DNA of 59,230 nt from Pseudomonas sp. (GCF_030696055.1 NZ_JAUYNP010000046.1:1-59230), one strand, 5' to 3'; positions 45,279 to 56,216 are shown, counted from the stretch's first letter. Translations and numbers: made by a program. Notes: generated by a model from the sequence alone, not told the origin.

Positions 45279-45749
45279 ATGCTCTGGCCGCTGCGCGCGC
45301 GCTTGAGTTATGCCCTGGCCCGGCGCCTGTTTCACTGGGCCTGGCTGGTGCGCCAACCGCGTGCCTGGCGCTGGCTGGAGGGGCAGTTCGCGCGCATGGC
45401 CAATCTGGGCGATGTGGGGGCGCAAAGCTTCTACGGGCATATCCTGTTGTTTCGCGGCCAGGGACTCGGCGCGCGTGAGGAGGGCATGCGCCTGCTCGGT
45501 CTGGCCGCCAAGGCCGGTGACGGCAAAGCGGCCTATCAATTGGGCGCTCTGAGTCTGGCTGGCGATACCCGGCATGCGCCGGATGCGCAACAGGCTGTCC
45601 TGTGGTGGACCCTGGCGGCGCAGGCTGCCCATCCGCTGGCGGCGCAGCGCCTGGCCGGGCTTTACCTTGATGGAGCTGTCGGCGTGCCAGCCGATCCGGC
45701 ACTGGCGGCGCACTTTTCCGCTCGGGCGAGCGAGCTCAGCGGGATCTGA
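45279..45749 (+). CDS. Sel1-repeat protein
   Basis: AQSFYG, AAKAGDGKAAYQLG, WWTLAAQAAHPLAAQRLAGLY. Confidence 0.8.
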   Translation: MLWPLRARLSYALARRLFHWAWLVRQPRAWRWLEGQFARMANLGDVGAQSFYGHILLFRGQGLGAREEGMRLLGLAAKAGDGKAAYQLGALSLAGDTRHAPDAQQAVLWWTLAAQAAHPLAAQRLAGLYLDGAVGVPADPALAAHFSARASELSGI

Positions 45750-45771
45750 ACCGCTGAGCCTCGGGGCTGGT

Positions 45772-47535
45772 TCAGGCTGCCGAAAGCGTCTGGGTATCGA
45801 TGATATGCAGGCTGTAACCCGGGATCGCCTTGGCATGCCGCTTGGCTTCCGAGGCCAGGCCCGCCAGTTGGTTGGCATCCAGCTGCGCGCATTGCTCGGC
45901 GCGCAGGCGCACCACGCCCAGTGACAGCGACAGCAGAGCGAACTCCTGGCGCTTGCCCTTGCGGTCATGGGCGACAAAGCAGCCCGCGTCCAGATCCTCG
46001 TCACGATAGAAGCGCCGGCACTGGCTTTGAAAATCCTCCAGCAGGCGATTGAGCCGGGCGCGCCAGTCGGCTGAATTCAACACCAAGAGAAAGTCATCGC
46101 CGCCAATATGGCCGACGAAGTCCCGGGCGGGGTCGACCCGCTCATTCAGGCATTGCGCCAGGCTGAGCAGCACCTCATCGCCTTTGGCGTAGCCGTAGAT
46201 GTCGTTGAACGGCTTGAAGTTGTCGATATCCACATAGCAGATCACCGCGTCCCGATTCTGTTGCAGCAGGCGGGTCAGGCACTGCTGAATCGGCACGTTG
46301 CCGGGCAGCAGGGTCAAGGGGTTGGCATGGCGTGCCTGCTGGATCTTCAGTTCGGTGATCAGCTTGAGGACATCGATCACCCGGCCCAGGCCCAGATAGC
46401 GACCGTCCTGGGTAATGATGAAGTCTTCTTCGATGCGTTGTCGGGCGCGGTTGGTGAGCAGGCGGCTGACCTGCTGCAGCGACTGATTCGACTCGACCGC
46501 GAGAAAATCATCGCTCATCAGTCGGCTGATCGGCTTGCGGGCGAACAGCTCGGTGGCAAAGGGCTTTAGCAGCACCTCGGAAAGCGAATGGCGGTGCACT
46601 ATGCCCACCGCTTGCTGCGCCTCGTTGAGAACGGCCAGGGAGTTGAGGCTGGCTTGGGCGCGGAAGATTTCCAGCACCTCGGCGGTCGGCGTGCTCAGCG
46701 CCACCGCGCGCTGTGGGTTGAGCAGACCGCGCAGGTCGCTGCTTTCCTCGCTCAGGCTGTTGCTCAGGCTGCCGGGGGCCGGCAGCAGGCTGCTGGCATC
46801 CCGCGGCGGCTGCTCTTGCGGGCGGCAGAGCAGGTAGCCCTGGAGCAGGTCTACGCCCATTTCCGCGAGCACCGCGAGCTCTTCGGGCAGCTCGATGCCT
46901 TCGGCTATCACCTGGGCGCGGGAGGCTTTGGCCATTTTCAGAATGGAGCCGACGAACTCGCGTTTGACCGCATCCAGGTGGATGCCATCGATAAAGTGGC
47001 GGTCGATCTTCACGTAGTCCGGGCGCAGTTCCGACCACAGGCGCAGGCTGGAGTAGCCGGCGCCCAGATCGTCCAGGGCGATGGAGAAGCCCATGGCGCG
47101 GTAGTGGTGCAGGGCGGTGTCGAGCAGGGCAAAGTCGTGGGTGGGCGATTGCTCGGTCAGCTCGATCACCACCTGGCTCGGCGGAATGCCCAGGGACTGC
47201 AGCAGTTGCAGGGTGCGGCCGGGTTGGTGCCTGGGCTCCAGCAGGGATTCGGGGGAGACGTTGAGAAACAGCTTGCCCGCAAGCTTCTGTTGGCTGAAAC
47301 GCAGACAGGCATTCTTGCGGCAGAGCAGTTCCAGTTCGCTCAGGCGGCCGGCATGGCGGGCCACGGCGAACAGGTTGAGCGGCGAGTGCAGGGCGCCACT
47401 GGACGGCCCGCGGCTGAGGGCTTCGTAGCCGAGAATGCGCCGCTCGGAGAGGCAAACTATGGGTTGAAACAGGCTGTGCAGGTCGCCGTGGGCGAGGATG
47501 TGGTCCAGCGCGCTCAACTGCTCGGTGACGGTCAT
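45772..47535 (-). CDS. EAL-CBS-GGDEF c-di-GMP signalling protein
   Basis: FQP, YEAL, ALDDLGAGYSSL, AEGIE, QG; NPLTLLP, DIDNFK, GD, GGDDF. Confidence 0.92.
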   Translation of the reverse strand: MTVTEQLSALDHILAHGDLHSLFQPIVCLSERRILGYEALSRGPSSGALHSPLNLFAVARHAGRLSELELLCRKNACLRFSQQKLAGKLFLNVSPESLLEPRHQPGRTLQLLQSLGIPPSQVVIELTEQSPTHDFALLDTALHHYRAMGFSIALDDLGAGYSSLRLWSELRPDYVKIDRHFIDGIHLDAVKREFVGSILKMAKASRAQVIAEGIELPEELAVLAEMGVDLLQGYLLCRPQEQPPRDASSLLPAPGSLSNSLSEESSDLRGLLNPQRAVALSTPTAEVLEIFRAQASLNSLAVLNEAQQAVGIVHRHSLSEVLLKPFATELFARKPISRLMSDDFLAVESNQSLQQVSRLLTNRARQRIEEDFIITQDGRYLGLGRVIDVLKLITELKIQQARHANPLTLLPGNVPIQQCLTRLLQQNRDAVICYVDIDNFKPFNDIYGYAKGDEVLLSLAQCLNERVDPARDFVGHIGGDDFLLVLNSADWRARLNRLLEDFQSQCRRFYRDEDLDAGCFVAHDRKGKRQEFALLSLSLGVVRLRAEQCAQLDANQLAGLASEAKRHAKAIPGYSLHIIDTQTLSAA

Positions 47536-47554
47536 GACGGGTCTCTGTGGGCAT

Positions 47555-47588
47555 AAAAAACGAGGACTGGTAGCGCTACCAGTCCTCG
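47555..47588 (-). terminator. Intrinsic terminator downstream of prc
   Basis: A6-CGAGGACTGGTAG/CTACCAGTCCTCG. Confidence 0.7.
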
Positions 47589-47675
47589 CATTTCACGACA
47601 GTTTGATGACCCTTTGATGACCAGGGCTCCGCTGGCCTAAGGTTAAGACAGACTCAGGCCAGCGGAGCGTGGCCC

Positions 47676-49757
47676 TTACTGCTTGGCCAGGCGGGTATTC
47701 AGCCCCAGGTAGTCGAGCAGGATACGTCCGCTTTCGGCGAGGTAGGCGTCATCTTCCGGCTTGGTTTTCTCATCCTCAACCGGCAGCTCATCCTCGTCTT
47801 CTTCCTTGAGCTTGCTCAGCAGCTCTTCGCCCTTGGCCTGGCGACGACTGTTCTCGATGGCCAGTTGCTGCCCTTCGATATCGCTCTGCTGCGCGCGGCG
47901 CTTGCTTTCATTGAGGCTGACGGTGGTTTCTTGCATCAGCTTCTGCGCCAGTTGCAGGCGTTTGCGGGCGAAGGTGAAGTCCGGGTTCTGCGCCGTGCGA
48001 TTTTCGTAACGCGCCTGCAGTTCCACCAGGAAGGGTTTGATCGGGTCCAGCTCGGGTTTGATCGCCGGCTTGATACTGTCCCACGGCAGGGCCTCAGGCA
48101 GGGCGCTTTCGCCGATTTCCTTGGTGTCCATATTGTCCGGGTACTGGATATCCGGAATCACCCCCTGGTGCTGGGTGCTCTGCCCGGAAACCCGGTAGAA
48201 CTTGGCCAGGGTCAGCTTCAGTTCGCCATGGTTGAGCGGCTGGATGGTTTGCACCGTGCCCTTGCCGAAGGTCTGGCCTCCGAGAATCAGGGCGCGGTGA
48301 TAGTCCTGCATGGCACCGGCAAAGATCTCCGAGGCCGAGGCGGACAGGCGATTGACCAGCACCGCCAGGGGGCCTTTGTAGTAGATGCCGGCGTTTTCGT
48401 CGGCCAGTACATCGACCCGGCCGTCGCTGTTGCGTACCAACACGGTCGGACCCTGGTCGATAAACAGGCCGGTCAGTTCGGTGGCTTCCTGCAGGGAGCC
48501 GCCGCCGTTGTTGCGCAGATCGATGACCACGCCGTCGACCTTGTCCTTCTCCAGCTCGCCGAGCAGGCGTTTGACGTCGCGGGTGGTGCTGGTGTAGTTG
48601 GGGTCGCCAGCGCGGAAGGCCTTGAAGTCCAGGTAGAAGGCGGGCACTTCGATGACCCCGAGTGTGTAGTCGCGGCCTTCATGCTTGAGCTTGAGCAGCG
48701 ACTTCTTGGCGGCCTGCTCTTCCAACTTGACCGCTTCGCGGGTGATGGCCACCACCTTGCTGGTTTGGTCATTGGGCGCATTGCTGGCTGGAATCACTTC
48801 CAGGCGCACCTGGGAGCCTTTCGGGCCGCGAATCAGCTTGACCACTTCATCCAGGCGCCAGCCGATCACGTCGACCATTTCCTTGTCGCCCTGGGCCACG
48901 CCGATGATCTTGTCCGCCGGCGCGATCTGCTTGCTCTTTTCCGCCGGGCCGGCCGGTACCAGGCGCACCACCTTGACGTGTTCGTTATCGTTCTGCAGCA
49001 CCGCGCCAATACCTTCCAGCGACAGGCTCATATTGATATCGAAGTTCTCCGCATTATCCGGGGAGAGGTAGGTGGTATGCGGGTCGTAGGACATGGCGAA
49101 GGCATTGATATACGCCTGGAACACGTCCTCGCCACGGGTTTGCTGCAGGCGCGCCTGCTGGTTCTTGTAGCGTTTGATCAGCAGTTCCTGAATGGCCTTG
49201 GGTTCTTTTCCGGCGATTTTCAGGCGCAGCACTTCATCTTTCACCCGTTTGCGCCAGAGGCTGTCCAGTTCGGCGCTATCTTTCGCCCAGGGCGCATTCT
49301 CGCGGTCGATCAGCAGGCTTTCATCGACGCTGAAATCGAGGTTGTCGACCCCTTCTTCGAGTAGGTTCAGGGCAAACTGCAGGCGCCCCTGCAGGCGTTC
49401 CAGATGACGCGTGTAGATGGCGAAGCCCGGCTGCATGTCGCCGTTTTTCAGCAGGTCATCGAAGCGCGTGCTCCATTGATCGAACTCGGCGATATCGGCG
49501 GCGGTGAAGTAGCTGCGCGAGGGGTCGAGCATCTTCAGGTAGCCCTGATAGATCTTCACCGAGCGCTCGTCATTCAGCGGCGGCTTGTTGTAGTGGTGGC
49601 GCTTCAACAGCTCGACCACGTTGAGGCTGGCAATCACTTGCTCGCGGTCCGGCTGCAGGTATTCCCAGGACTCGCTGCCGGTGGTATTTGCCGCCAGCGG
49701 CAAGGCACTCAGCGCGACGGAGAAGGCGAGGGTGAGGCTAAGCAGGGATCGCTTCAT
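47676..49757 (-). CDS. prc: C-terminal processing protease Prc (Tsp)
   Basis: DPHTTY, LEGIGA PDZ, IDLRNNGGG, SASASEIF, GKGTVQ. Confidence 0.95.
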   Translation of the reverse strand: MKRSLLSLTLAFSVALSALPLAANTTGSESWEYLQPDREQVIASLNVVELLKRHHYNKPPLNDERSVKIYQGYLKMLDPSRSYFTAADIAEFDQWSTRFDDLLKNGDMQPGFAIYTRHLERLQGRLQFALNLLEEGVDNLDFSVDESLLIDRENAPWAKDSAELDSLWRKRVKDEVLRLKIAGKEPKAIQELLIKRYKNQQARLQQTRGEDVFQAYINAFAMSYDPHTTYLSPDNAENFDINMSLSLEGIGAVLQNDNEHVKVVRLVPAGPAEKSKQIAPADKIIGVAQGDKEMVDVIGWRLDEVVKLIRGPKGSQVRLEVIPASNAPNDQTSKVVAITREAVKLEEQAAKKSLLKLKHEGRDYTLGVIEVPAFYLDFKAFRAGDPNYTSTTRDVKRLLGELEKDKVDGVVIDLRNNGGGSLQEATELTGLFIDQGPTVLVRNSDGRVDVLADENAGIYYKGPLAVLVNRLSASASEIFAGAMQDYHRALILGGQTFGKGTVQTIQPLNHGELKLTLAKFYRVSGQSTQHQGVIPDIQYPDNMDTKEIGESALPEALPWDSIKPAIKPELDPIKPFLVELQARYENRTAQNPDFTFARKRLQLAQKLMQETTVSLNESKRRAQQSDIEGQQLAIENSRRQAKGEELLSKLKEEDEDELPVEDEKTKPEDDAYLAESGRILLDYLGLNTRLAKQ

Positions 49758-49885
49758 GCAGATTCGACGTGTAGGCAGTTGATAACGCATATTAGACCGT
49801 CTTTAAGGGCGCCAGATTCCATCGGCGCAATGCAAAAACCCTGCGCTCAGCGCCGGGCTAGGTTCAAATGCACTATGGAGGCAGC

Positions 49886-50851
49886 GTGAAGGCATTGCAA
49901 GGCGTTGAAGGCCGTGTGGAGTGGGCGCAGCAGTCCGCCCCGGTCTGTGATGTAGGGGAAATTCGCATTCGCGTGGCGGCAGCCGGGCTGAATCGCGCCG
50001 ACCTGTTGCAGCGCGCCGGGCTCTACCCACCACCGCCTGGGGCCAGCGCGGTGCTGGGCCTGGAGTGCGCCGGTGTGGTCAGCGAAGTGGGCGCCGGCTG
50101 CAATTGGCAGATCGGTGATCGGGTCTGTGCGCTGCTCGCCGGTGGCGGTCTAGCCGAAGAGGTGGTGGTCGATGCCCGCCACGCGCTGCCGATTCCCGCT
50201 GGCGTGACGTTGCATGAAGCCGCGGCGCTGCCGGAGGTGTACGCCACGGCCTGGCTCAATCTGTTCCAGCTGGCCGGCCTCAGACCGGGGCAGAAGGTCC
50301 TGCTGCATGCCGGTGCCAGCGGCGTGGGTTCGGCGGCCATCCAGCTGTGCCGGGCCTTTGGCAACCCGTGCTGGGTCAGCGTTGGCTCCCCGGAGCGTCT
50401 GGCCTACTGCGAAGCCTTGGGCGCCCAGGGTGGTGTGCTGCGCGGCGAGGAACAGCTGCAGGCCTTGCGCGATTTCGGCCCCTTCGATGTGATTCTCGAC
50501 CCGGTAGGCGGCAACTACGCCGCGCTCAATCTGCAGCTGCTGGCCCAGGACGGGCGCTGGGTGAATATCGGCTTGATGGGCGGGCGCCAGGCGGAGCTGG
50601 ATTTTGGCTTGCTGCTGGGCAAGCGCATCCAACTGATCGGCTCGACCCTGCGCAACCGTGATGAGCAGTTCAAGGCCGATCTGCTGCACGATCTGCAGCA
50701 ATTCGTCTGGCCGCTGTTTGCCGAAGGGCGGCTCAAACCGCAGTTGCAGCGCAGTTTCCCGATCGAGGACGCCGAAGCGGCCTTCGCCGAACTGGCCAGC
50801 AACCAGGTCAATGGCAAGCTGGTGTTGGTGATAGACCCAAGCCTGAGCTGA
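49886..50851 (+). CDS. NAD(P)H-quinone oxidoreductase (zeta-crystallin/PIG3-like)
   Basis: LNRADLLQRAGLYPPP, HAGASGVG, GSTLR; GTG start after GGAGG. Confidence 0.9.
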   Translation: MKALQGVEGRVEWAQQSAPVCDVGEIRIRVAAAGLNRADLLQRAGLYPPPPGASAVLGLECAGVVSEVGAGCNWQIGDRVCALLAGGGLAEEVVVDARHALPIPAGVTLHEAAALPEVYATAWLNLFQLAGLRPGQKVLLHAGASGVGSAAIQLCRAFGNPCWVSVGSPERLAYCEALGAQGGVLRGEEQLQALRDFGPFDVILDPVGGNYAALNLQLLAQDGRWVNIGLMGGRQAELDFGLLLGKRIQLIGSTLRNRDEQFKADLLHDLQQFVWPLFAEGRLKPQLQRSFPIEDAEAAFAELASNQVNGKLVLVIDPSLS

Positions 50852-50948
50852 GGCTGATGTTTTGTGTAGGGTCCGGTGCGCCGGGTCCTGCATGCGGCTT
50901 TTTTGATTTTGCTAACTAATTGATTTTCAAGTTCTTCTGCTGGGTACG

Positions 50949-50985
50949 ATTGAGCCAGCTAATTACAGCCATGGCTTCAATCAAT
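50949..50985 (+). promoter_or_regulatory. OxyR binding site upstream of ahpC
   Basis: ATTG-N7-TAAT-N7-ATGG-N7-CAAT, matching ATAG-N7-CTAT-N7-ATAG-N7-CTAT spacing; IHF consensus at 50913-50925. Confidence 0.75.
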
Positions 50986-51054
50986 AAGGTTTTTTGAAGG
51001 CGCACGGGTAGGCTTCCTCGGGTCAAGTTTTCAACCACCCCGAGGAGTTACTCG

Positions 51055-51618
51055 ATGTCCTATATCAACAGCGAAGTTAAGCCGTTCAAAGCCACTGCCT
51101 ACCATCAGGGCCAATTCGTCGAAGTGAGCGAAGCCAACCTGAAGGGCAAATGGTCCGTGGTGTTCTTCTACCCGGCCGACTTCACCTTCGTCTGCCCGAC
51201 CGAGCTGGGCGACCTGGCGGACAACTACGCCGCATTCCAGAAGCTGGGCGTGGAGATCTACGGTGTGTCCACCGACACCCACTTCACCCACAAGGCCTGG
51301 CATGACACGTCCGACACCATCGGCAAGATCCAGTACCCACTGATCGGCGACCCCACCGGCACCATCACCCGCAACTTCGGCGTGATGATCGAAGAGGCTG
51401 GCCTGGCCGACCGCGGCACCTTCGTGATCGACCCTGAGGGCAAGATCCAGATAGTCGAAATCAACGCCGGCGGCATTGGTCGTGACGCCCAGGAACTGCT
51501 GCGCAAGGTCAAGGCCGCTCAGTACGTGGCTTCCCACCCGGGCGAAGTCTGCCCGGCCAAGTGGAAGGAAGGTGAGGCCACTCTGGCTCCCTCGCTTGAT
51601 CTCGTAGGTAAGATTTAA
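51055..51618 (+). CDS. ahpC: Alkyl hydroperoxide reductase C
   Basis: [30 protein letters not shown]. Confidence 0.97.
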   Translation: MSYINSEVKPFKATAYHQGQFVEVSEANLKGKWSVVFFYPADFTFVCPTELGDLADNYAAFQKLGVEIYGVSTDTHFTHKAWHDTSDTIGKIQYPLIGDPTGTITRNFGVMIEEAGLADRGTFVIDPEGKIQIVEINAGGIGRDAQELLRKVKAAQYVASHPGEVCPAKWKEGEATLAPSLDLVGKI

Positions 51619-51670
51619 TTCTTACTGGTTCCCGCACTTCCGGGCTGTAACCCAGCCCTTCTAGTGCCCG

Positions 51671-51702
51671 ACGCCCGGGCGCGATCCGTTCGGGCGTTTT
51701 TG
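51671..51702 (+). terminator. Hairpin plus T tract between ahpC and ahpF
   Basis: ACGCCCGGGCG...CGTTCGGGCGT-TTTT. Confidence 0.65.
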
Positions 51703-51734
51703 TTGCCGAATTTTGTCTGTGAGGAGTTTTCGCC

Positions 51735-53291
51735 ATGTTGGACGCCACGCTTAAAGCCCAATTGAAGGCCTATCTGGAAAAGGTCACCCAGCCGTTCGAG
51801 ATCGTCGCGTCCCTCGATGACAGCGCGAAATCCCAGGAGCTGCTGGACCTGCTCAATGACATCGTCAGCCTGAGCGACAAAATCGCTCTGCGTAGCGATG
51901 GCGACGATGCTCGCCGTCCATCCTTTGCTCTGCATCGTCCCGGGGCGGATATCGGCCTGCGCTTCGCCGGCATCCCCATGGGCCACGAATTCACCTCGCT
52001 GGTGTTGGCGCTGCTGCAGGTCGGCGGCCACCCCTCCAAGCTTGAGGCCGATCTGATCGAACAGGTCAAAGGCGTCGAGGGCCAGTTCAGCTTCGAAACC
52101 TATTTCTCCCTTTCCTGCCAGAACTGCCCTGACGTGGTTCAGGCGCTGAACCTGATGGCGGTGCTCAACCCCAATATTCGCCACGTGGCCATCGACGGCG
52201 CGCTGTTCCAGGCCGAAGTCGAGGAACGCCAAATCATGTCGGTGCCGAGCATTTATCTGAACGGCGAACTGTTCGGCCAGGGCCGTATGGGTGTGGAAGA
52301 AATCCTCGCCAAGATCGACACAGGTGCTAGTGCCCGGGATGCCGAGAAGCTCAAAGCCAAGGCCGCTTTCGATGTGCTGGTGGTCGGCGGTGGCCCGGCT
52401 GGCGCCGCCGCGGCTATCTATGCTGCGCGCAAAGGCATTCGCACCGGCGTGGCGGCCGAGCGTTTCGGCGGCCAGGTGCTGGACACCATGGCCATCGAGA
52501 ACTTTATCTCGGTGCAGGAAACCGAAGGGCCGAAGCTGGCCCGCGCCCTGGAAGAGCACGTCAAACAGTACGAGGTCGACATTATCAATCTGCAGCGCGC
52601 CACTGCCCTGATCCCGGCGCAGGGCGAGGGCGGTTTGCATGAGGTCAGGTTCGACAGCGGTGCCTCGCTTAAGGCCAAGACCCTGATCCTGGCCACCGGC
52701 GCCCGCTGGCGCGAGATGAAGGTGCCCGGCGAGCAGCACTACCGCGGCAAGGGCGTGGCCTACTGCCCGCACTGCGACGGCCCGCTGTTCAAGGGCAAAC
52801 GAGTGGCGGTGATAGGGGGCGGTAACTCAGGGGTGGAAGCGGCCATCGACCTGGCCGGGATAGTCGCCCAGGTCAGCCTGATCGAGTTCGACAACCAACT
52901 GCGCGCCGATGCGGTGTTGCAGAAGAAGCTGAACAGCCTGCCAAACGTCAGCATCATCAAGAGCGCGCTGACCACCGAAGTGCTGGGCGATGGCCAGAAG
53001 GTCAGCGCGCTGGTCTATAAGGACCGTACTAATGACGAACTGCGCACCATCGAGTTGGAAGGCATCTTCGTGCAGATCGGCTTGCTGCCCAACAGCGATT
53101 GGCTGAAGGGGGTGATCGAGCTGTCGCCGCGCGGCGAGATCATAGTCGATGCCAAGGGCGGCACCAATGTGCCGGGCATCTTCGCCGCGGGCGACGTCAC
53201 CACGGTGCCCTACAAGCAGATCGTTATCGCAGTGGGCGAGGGGGCCAAGGCGTCGCTCAGCGCCTTCGACCACCTGATCCGCACCAACTGA
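51735..53291 (+). CDS. ahpF: Alkyl hydroperoxide reductase F
   Basis: [30 protein letters not shown]. Confidence 0.97.
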   Translation: MLDATLKAQLKAYLEKVTQPFEIVASLDDSAKSQELLDLLNDIVSLSDKIALRSDGDDARRPSFALHRPGADIGLRFAGIPMGHEFTSLVLALLQVGGHPSKLEADLIEQVKGVEGQFSFETYFSLSCQNCPDVVQALNLMAVLNPNIRHVAIDGALFQAEVEERQIMSVPSIYLNGELFGQGRMGVEEILAKIDTGASARDAEKLKAKAAFDVLVVGGGPAGAAAAIYAARKGIRTGVAAERFGGQVLDTMAIENFISVQETEGPKLARALEEHVKQYEVDIINLQRATALIPAQGEGGLHEVRFDSGASLKAKTLILATGARWREMKVPGEQHYRGKGVAYCPHCDGPLFKGKRVAVIGGGNSGVEAAIDLAGIVAQVSLIEFDNQLRADAVLQKKLNSLPNVSIIKSALTTEVLGDGQKVSALVYKDRTNDELRTIELEGIFVQIGLLPNSDWLKGVIELSPRGEIIVDAKGGTNVPGIFAAGDVTTVPYKQIVIAVGEGAKASLSAFDHLIRTN

Positions 53292-53319
53292 TGATCTCAG
53301 CGCTTCTGCGCTAAACAGC

Positions 53320-53352
53320 AACGGACAACCTTAACGGGTTGTCCGTTTTTTT
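53320..53352 (+). terminator. Intrinsic terminator after ahpF
   Basis: AACGGACAACC...GGTTGTCCGTT followed by a T tract. Confidence 0.85.
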
Positions 53353-53410
53353 ATGCCTGGCGTTTGCCTGGGTTGCGCTGGATGGCTCTGATAGCCTGTC
53401 GATAGTTTTT

Positions 53411-53428
53411 ATTATGGTCGACATACAA
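53411..53428. promoter_or_regulatory. Operator-like motif shared with 56217-56234
   Basis: ATTATGGTCGACATACAA versus ATTATGGTCGAAATATAA (TATG-N5-CATA pseudo-palindrome). Confidence 0.6.
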
Positions 53429-53511
53429 TATTTATATTATATTCGTAATTCTATTGGGCGCACTATACCAACAGACAAAGTCACACCCAGGTTGAATCCA
53501 GGAGACACGCA

Positions 53512-54309
53512 ATGAGCAAGCAAAACGACCAAGGCACTGCACTGATCACTGGCGCCTCATCCGGCATCGGCGCCACCTACGCCGAACGCCTGGCGCGGCG
53601 CGGTTATGACCTGCTGTTGGTGGCCCGCGATCTGCCGCGTCTTGAGGCTCTAGCCGGACGCTTGAGCCAGGAATACGGGGTGAAGGTCGAGGTGCTCAAA
53701 GCCGACCTGACCGCCAAGGCCGATCTGCTGGCGGTAGAGCAACGCCTGCGCAGTGACGCTGCCGTCAGCCTGTTGGTCAACAATGCGGGCATGGCGATGA
53801 ATGGCAGCTTGGCCGAGGCGGATATGGACAGGGCCGAGAGCATGATCCTGCTCAATGTCGTGGCGTTGACCCGGCTGTCTGCTGCGGCCGCCGCCAACTT
53901 CGGCGCGGCGGGGCGCGGGGCGATCATCAATCTTGCCTCGGTGGTGGCCCTTTCCCCGGAGATGTTCAACGCCGTCTACAGCGCGACCAAGGCCTATGTG
54001 CTGAGCCTGAGCCAGACCCTGCACGGCGAAATCGGCAAGCTCGGTGTGCAGGTGCAGGCGGTGTTGCCGGGCATTACCCGCACCGAAATCTGGGAGCGCA
54101 GCGGCATGGATGAATCGGCGCTGCCACCGAGCATGATCATGGAGGTCGGTGAGATGGTCGATGCCGCCTTGGCCGGCTTCGATCAGGGCGAGTTGGTGAC
54201 CATTCCTTCGCTGCCGGATGCCGCCGATTGGGCCGAGTTGGTCAACGCACGGGCCAAGCTGGGGCCGAACCTGTCCCGCAGCAGTGCGGCGGCGCGCTAC
54301 AAGTCGTAG
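53512..54309 (+). CDS. Short-chain dehydrogenase/reductase
   Basis: TGASSGIG, NNAG, YSATK. Confidence 0.92.
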   Translation: MSKQNDQGTALITGASSGIGATYAERLARRGYDLLLVARDLPRLEALAGRLSQEYGVKVEVLKADLTAKADLLAVEQRLRSDAAVSLLVNNAGMAMNGSLAEADMDRAESMILLNVVALTRLSAAAAANFGAAGRGAIINLASVVALSPEMFNAVYSATKAYVLSLSQTLHGEIGKLGVQVQAVLPGITRTEIWERSGMDESALPPSMIMEVGEMVDAALAGFDQGELVTIPSLPDAADWAELVNARAKLGPNLSRSSAAARYKS

Positions 54310-54327
54310 ATAGCCAATGGCATGGAG

Positions 54328-54363
54328 AAGCGCCCCTGTCGATAACGCCAGGGGCGCTTTTTT
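54328..54363. terminator. Terminator between the convergent SDR and TetR genes
   Basis: AAGCGCCCCTG...CAGGGGCGCTT-TTTT. Confidence 0.8.
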
Positions 54364-54375
54364 ATAGGCGCAGGT

Positions 54376-54936
54376 TTAACCCTTGGTCTGCTCTATTAGC
54401 AGCTCGCGTGCGCTTGTCAGCAAGTGTTCGGCCAGTTCGGGATCGCTGACGCTGCGCGCCAGCAGCAAGGTGCCAACCAGAGCCGAGAGTACCAGCACGC
54501 TTTGCCTGGCGGCGTCTGCGCCGGGCAAGCCGGCTTCGATCATGGCCAGGCGGCTTTTCACCACCTCGTCGGTAATGGGGCTGGCTTGCCCGCGTTGACC
54601 CAGTTCGGCGGACATCGTCGGCAGTGGGCAGCCGGCCCCCGGGTTCGCGCGGTGAGCATCGGACAGGTAGCTGGCAATCAGACCGGCCAGCGGCTCTGGC
54701 CCGGCCTGGATCTTGGCGGTGACCTGATCCAGCTCCTGCGCCGCCTGGCGCAGGGCGGTCGCTACCAGTTCGTCCTTGGATTTGAAGTGCGCATAAAAGC
54801 CACCATGGGTCAGCCCCAGGGTTTTCATCAGTGGCTGCAGCCCGGTAGCGCCTACGCCGTCACGGCGAAACAAACGGGACGCCTCATCGATGATACGTTG
54901 ATGGGTCTGGGCTTTATGGTCTTCTGAATAGCGCAT
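54376..54936 (-). CDS. TetR/AcrR-family regulator
   Basis: ASRLFRRDG...GLTHGGFYAHFKSKDEL, GCP. Confidence 0.92.
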   Translation of the reverse strand: MRYSEDHKAQTHQRIIDEASRLFRRDGVGATGLQPLMKTLGLTHGGFYAHFKSKDELVATALRQAAQELDQVTAKIQAGPEPLAGLIASYLSDAHRANPGAGCPLPTMSAELGQRGQASPITDEVVKSRLAMIEAGLPGADAARQSVLVLSALVGTLLLARSVSDPELAEHLLTSARELLIEQTKG

Positions 54937-55001
54937 GGGGCTCCCTGGGGCTGGCGACAGGCTTTAGATGCTGGATGTCATCTTACACCCAGGCTTGCCC
55001 T

Positions 55002-56138
55002 CTAGTCCGCGACCGCTTCGAGCAGGGTGGCGACCCCCTGACCGCCGGCTATGCACTGGGTGGCGATGGCGTAGCGCCCACCCGTGCGCCGCAGCAGGGT
55101 CGCGGCTTTGCCGGTGATGCGCGCGCCGGTCGCGCCGAGCGGATGACCGAGGGCCAGGGCGCCGCCGTCGAGATTGACCTTGGCCATGTCCAGGCCCAGT
55201 TCGCGCACGCAGGCGATGGACTGGCTGGCGAAGGCTTCGTTGATTTCCACCAGGTCGATGTCCTCGATGCTCAGGCCGGCGCGTTGCAGCACCTTGCGCG
55301 TGGCGACCACCGGGCCCATGCCCATGATCTCCGGCGCGCACCCACCGACGGCGACGGTCTTGATGCGGGCAAAGATCTGCAGCTGGTGACGGCGGGCGAA
55401 GGCCTCGCTGCACACCAGCAGCGCGGCGCTGCCATCGGTGAGTGGTGAGGCGGTGCCGGCGGTCACTGTGCCGCCGAAGGCCGGTTTGAGTTGCGCCAGG
55501 GCGTCGAGGTGAGTGCCGGGGCGGATACAGCCGTCTGCGCTGACCAGCCCGGCCGGGGTTTCGATCGGCACTATCTCGTCGACGAACAAGCCGCGTTCGT
55601 GGGCGCTGGCGGCCTTGGCATGGGACTCGACGGCCATGGCGTCCTGCTCATGGCGGCTGACGTTAAAGCGCTCGGCGACCTTCTCCGCGGTGTGGCCCAT
55701 GGTCATGTAGACCTGGGGGAAACTGCCCAGCAGCGTCGGGTTGGGCGAGATATTAAAGCCGCCCATGGGCACCCGGGTCATCGACTCGACGCCTGCGCAG
55801 ATAAAGGCCTCACCGGCGCCGAGCTGGATCTGCCCAGCGGCGAAGTGTACGGCGGTCATCGATGAGCCGCAGAAACGGTTGACCGTGACGCCGCCGAGGG
55901 TTTCCGGGAAGCCGGCGCGGAAGCTGGCGATACGGGCGATATTCATGCCTTGCTCGGCTTCCGGGTAAGCGCAGCCCATGATCACGTCTTCGATTTCTTT
56001 GGGGTCGAGATCGAGCTTTGCCATCAGGCCTCTGAGGGTCTGCGCGGCCAGATCGTCCGGGCGGATATCGACCAAGCCGCCTTTCTTGGCGAAGTGGAAA
56101 GGCGAGCGAGCAAAACCGGCGATGACTATTGAGTGCAT
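55002..56138 (-). CDS. Thiolase (acetyl-CoA C-acyltransferase)
   Basis: NRFCGSS, NEAF, GHPLGATG, CIAGGQG. Confidence 0.93.
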   Translation of the reverse strand: MHSIVIAGFARSPFHFAKKGGLVDIRPDDLAAQTLRGLMAKLDLDPKEIEDVIMGCAYPEAEQGMNIARIASFRAGFPETLGGVTVNRFCGSSMTAVHFAAGQIQLGAGEAFICAGVESMTRVPMGGFNISPNPTLLGSFPQVYMTMGHTAEKVAERFNVSRHEQDAMAVESHAKAASAHERGLFVDEIVPIETPAGLVSADGCIRPGTHLDALAQLKPAFGGTVTAGTASPLTDGSAALLVCSEAFARRHQLQIFARIKTVAVGGCAPEIMGMGPVVATRKVLQRAGLSIEDIDLVEINEAFASQSIACVRELGLDMAKVNLDGGALALGHPLGATGARITGKAATLLRRTGGRYAIATQCIAGGQGVATLLEAVAD

Positions 56139-56216
56139 GACAGTGCCTCCAGGGCTTTGGCGATAAGTGGTAGGGCTGAGCCTTATTAAATTATAGACAT
56201 AATTTAATAATTTATA

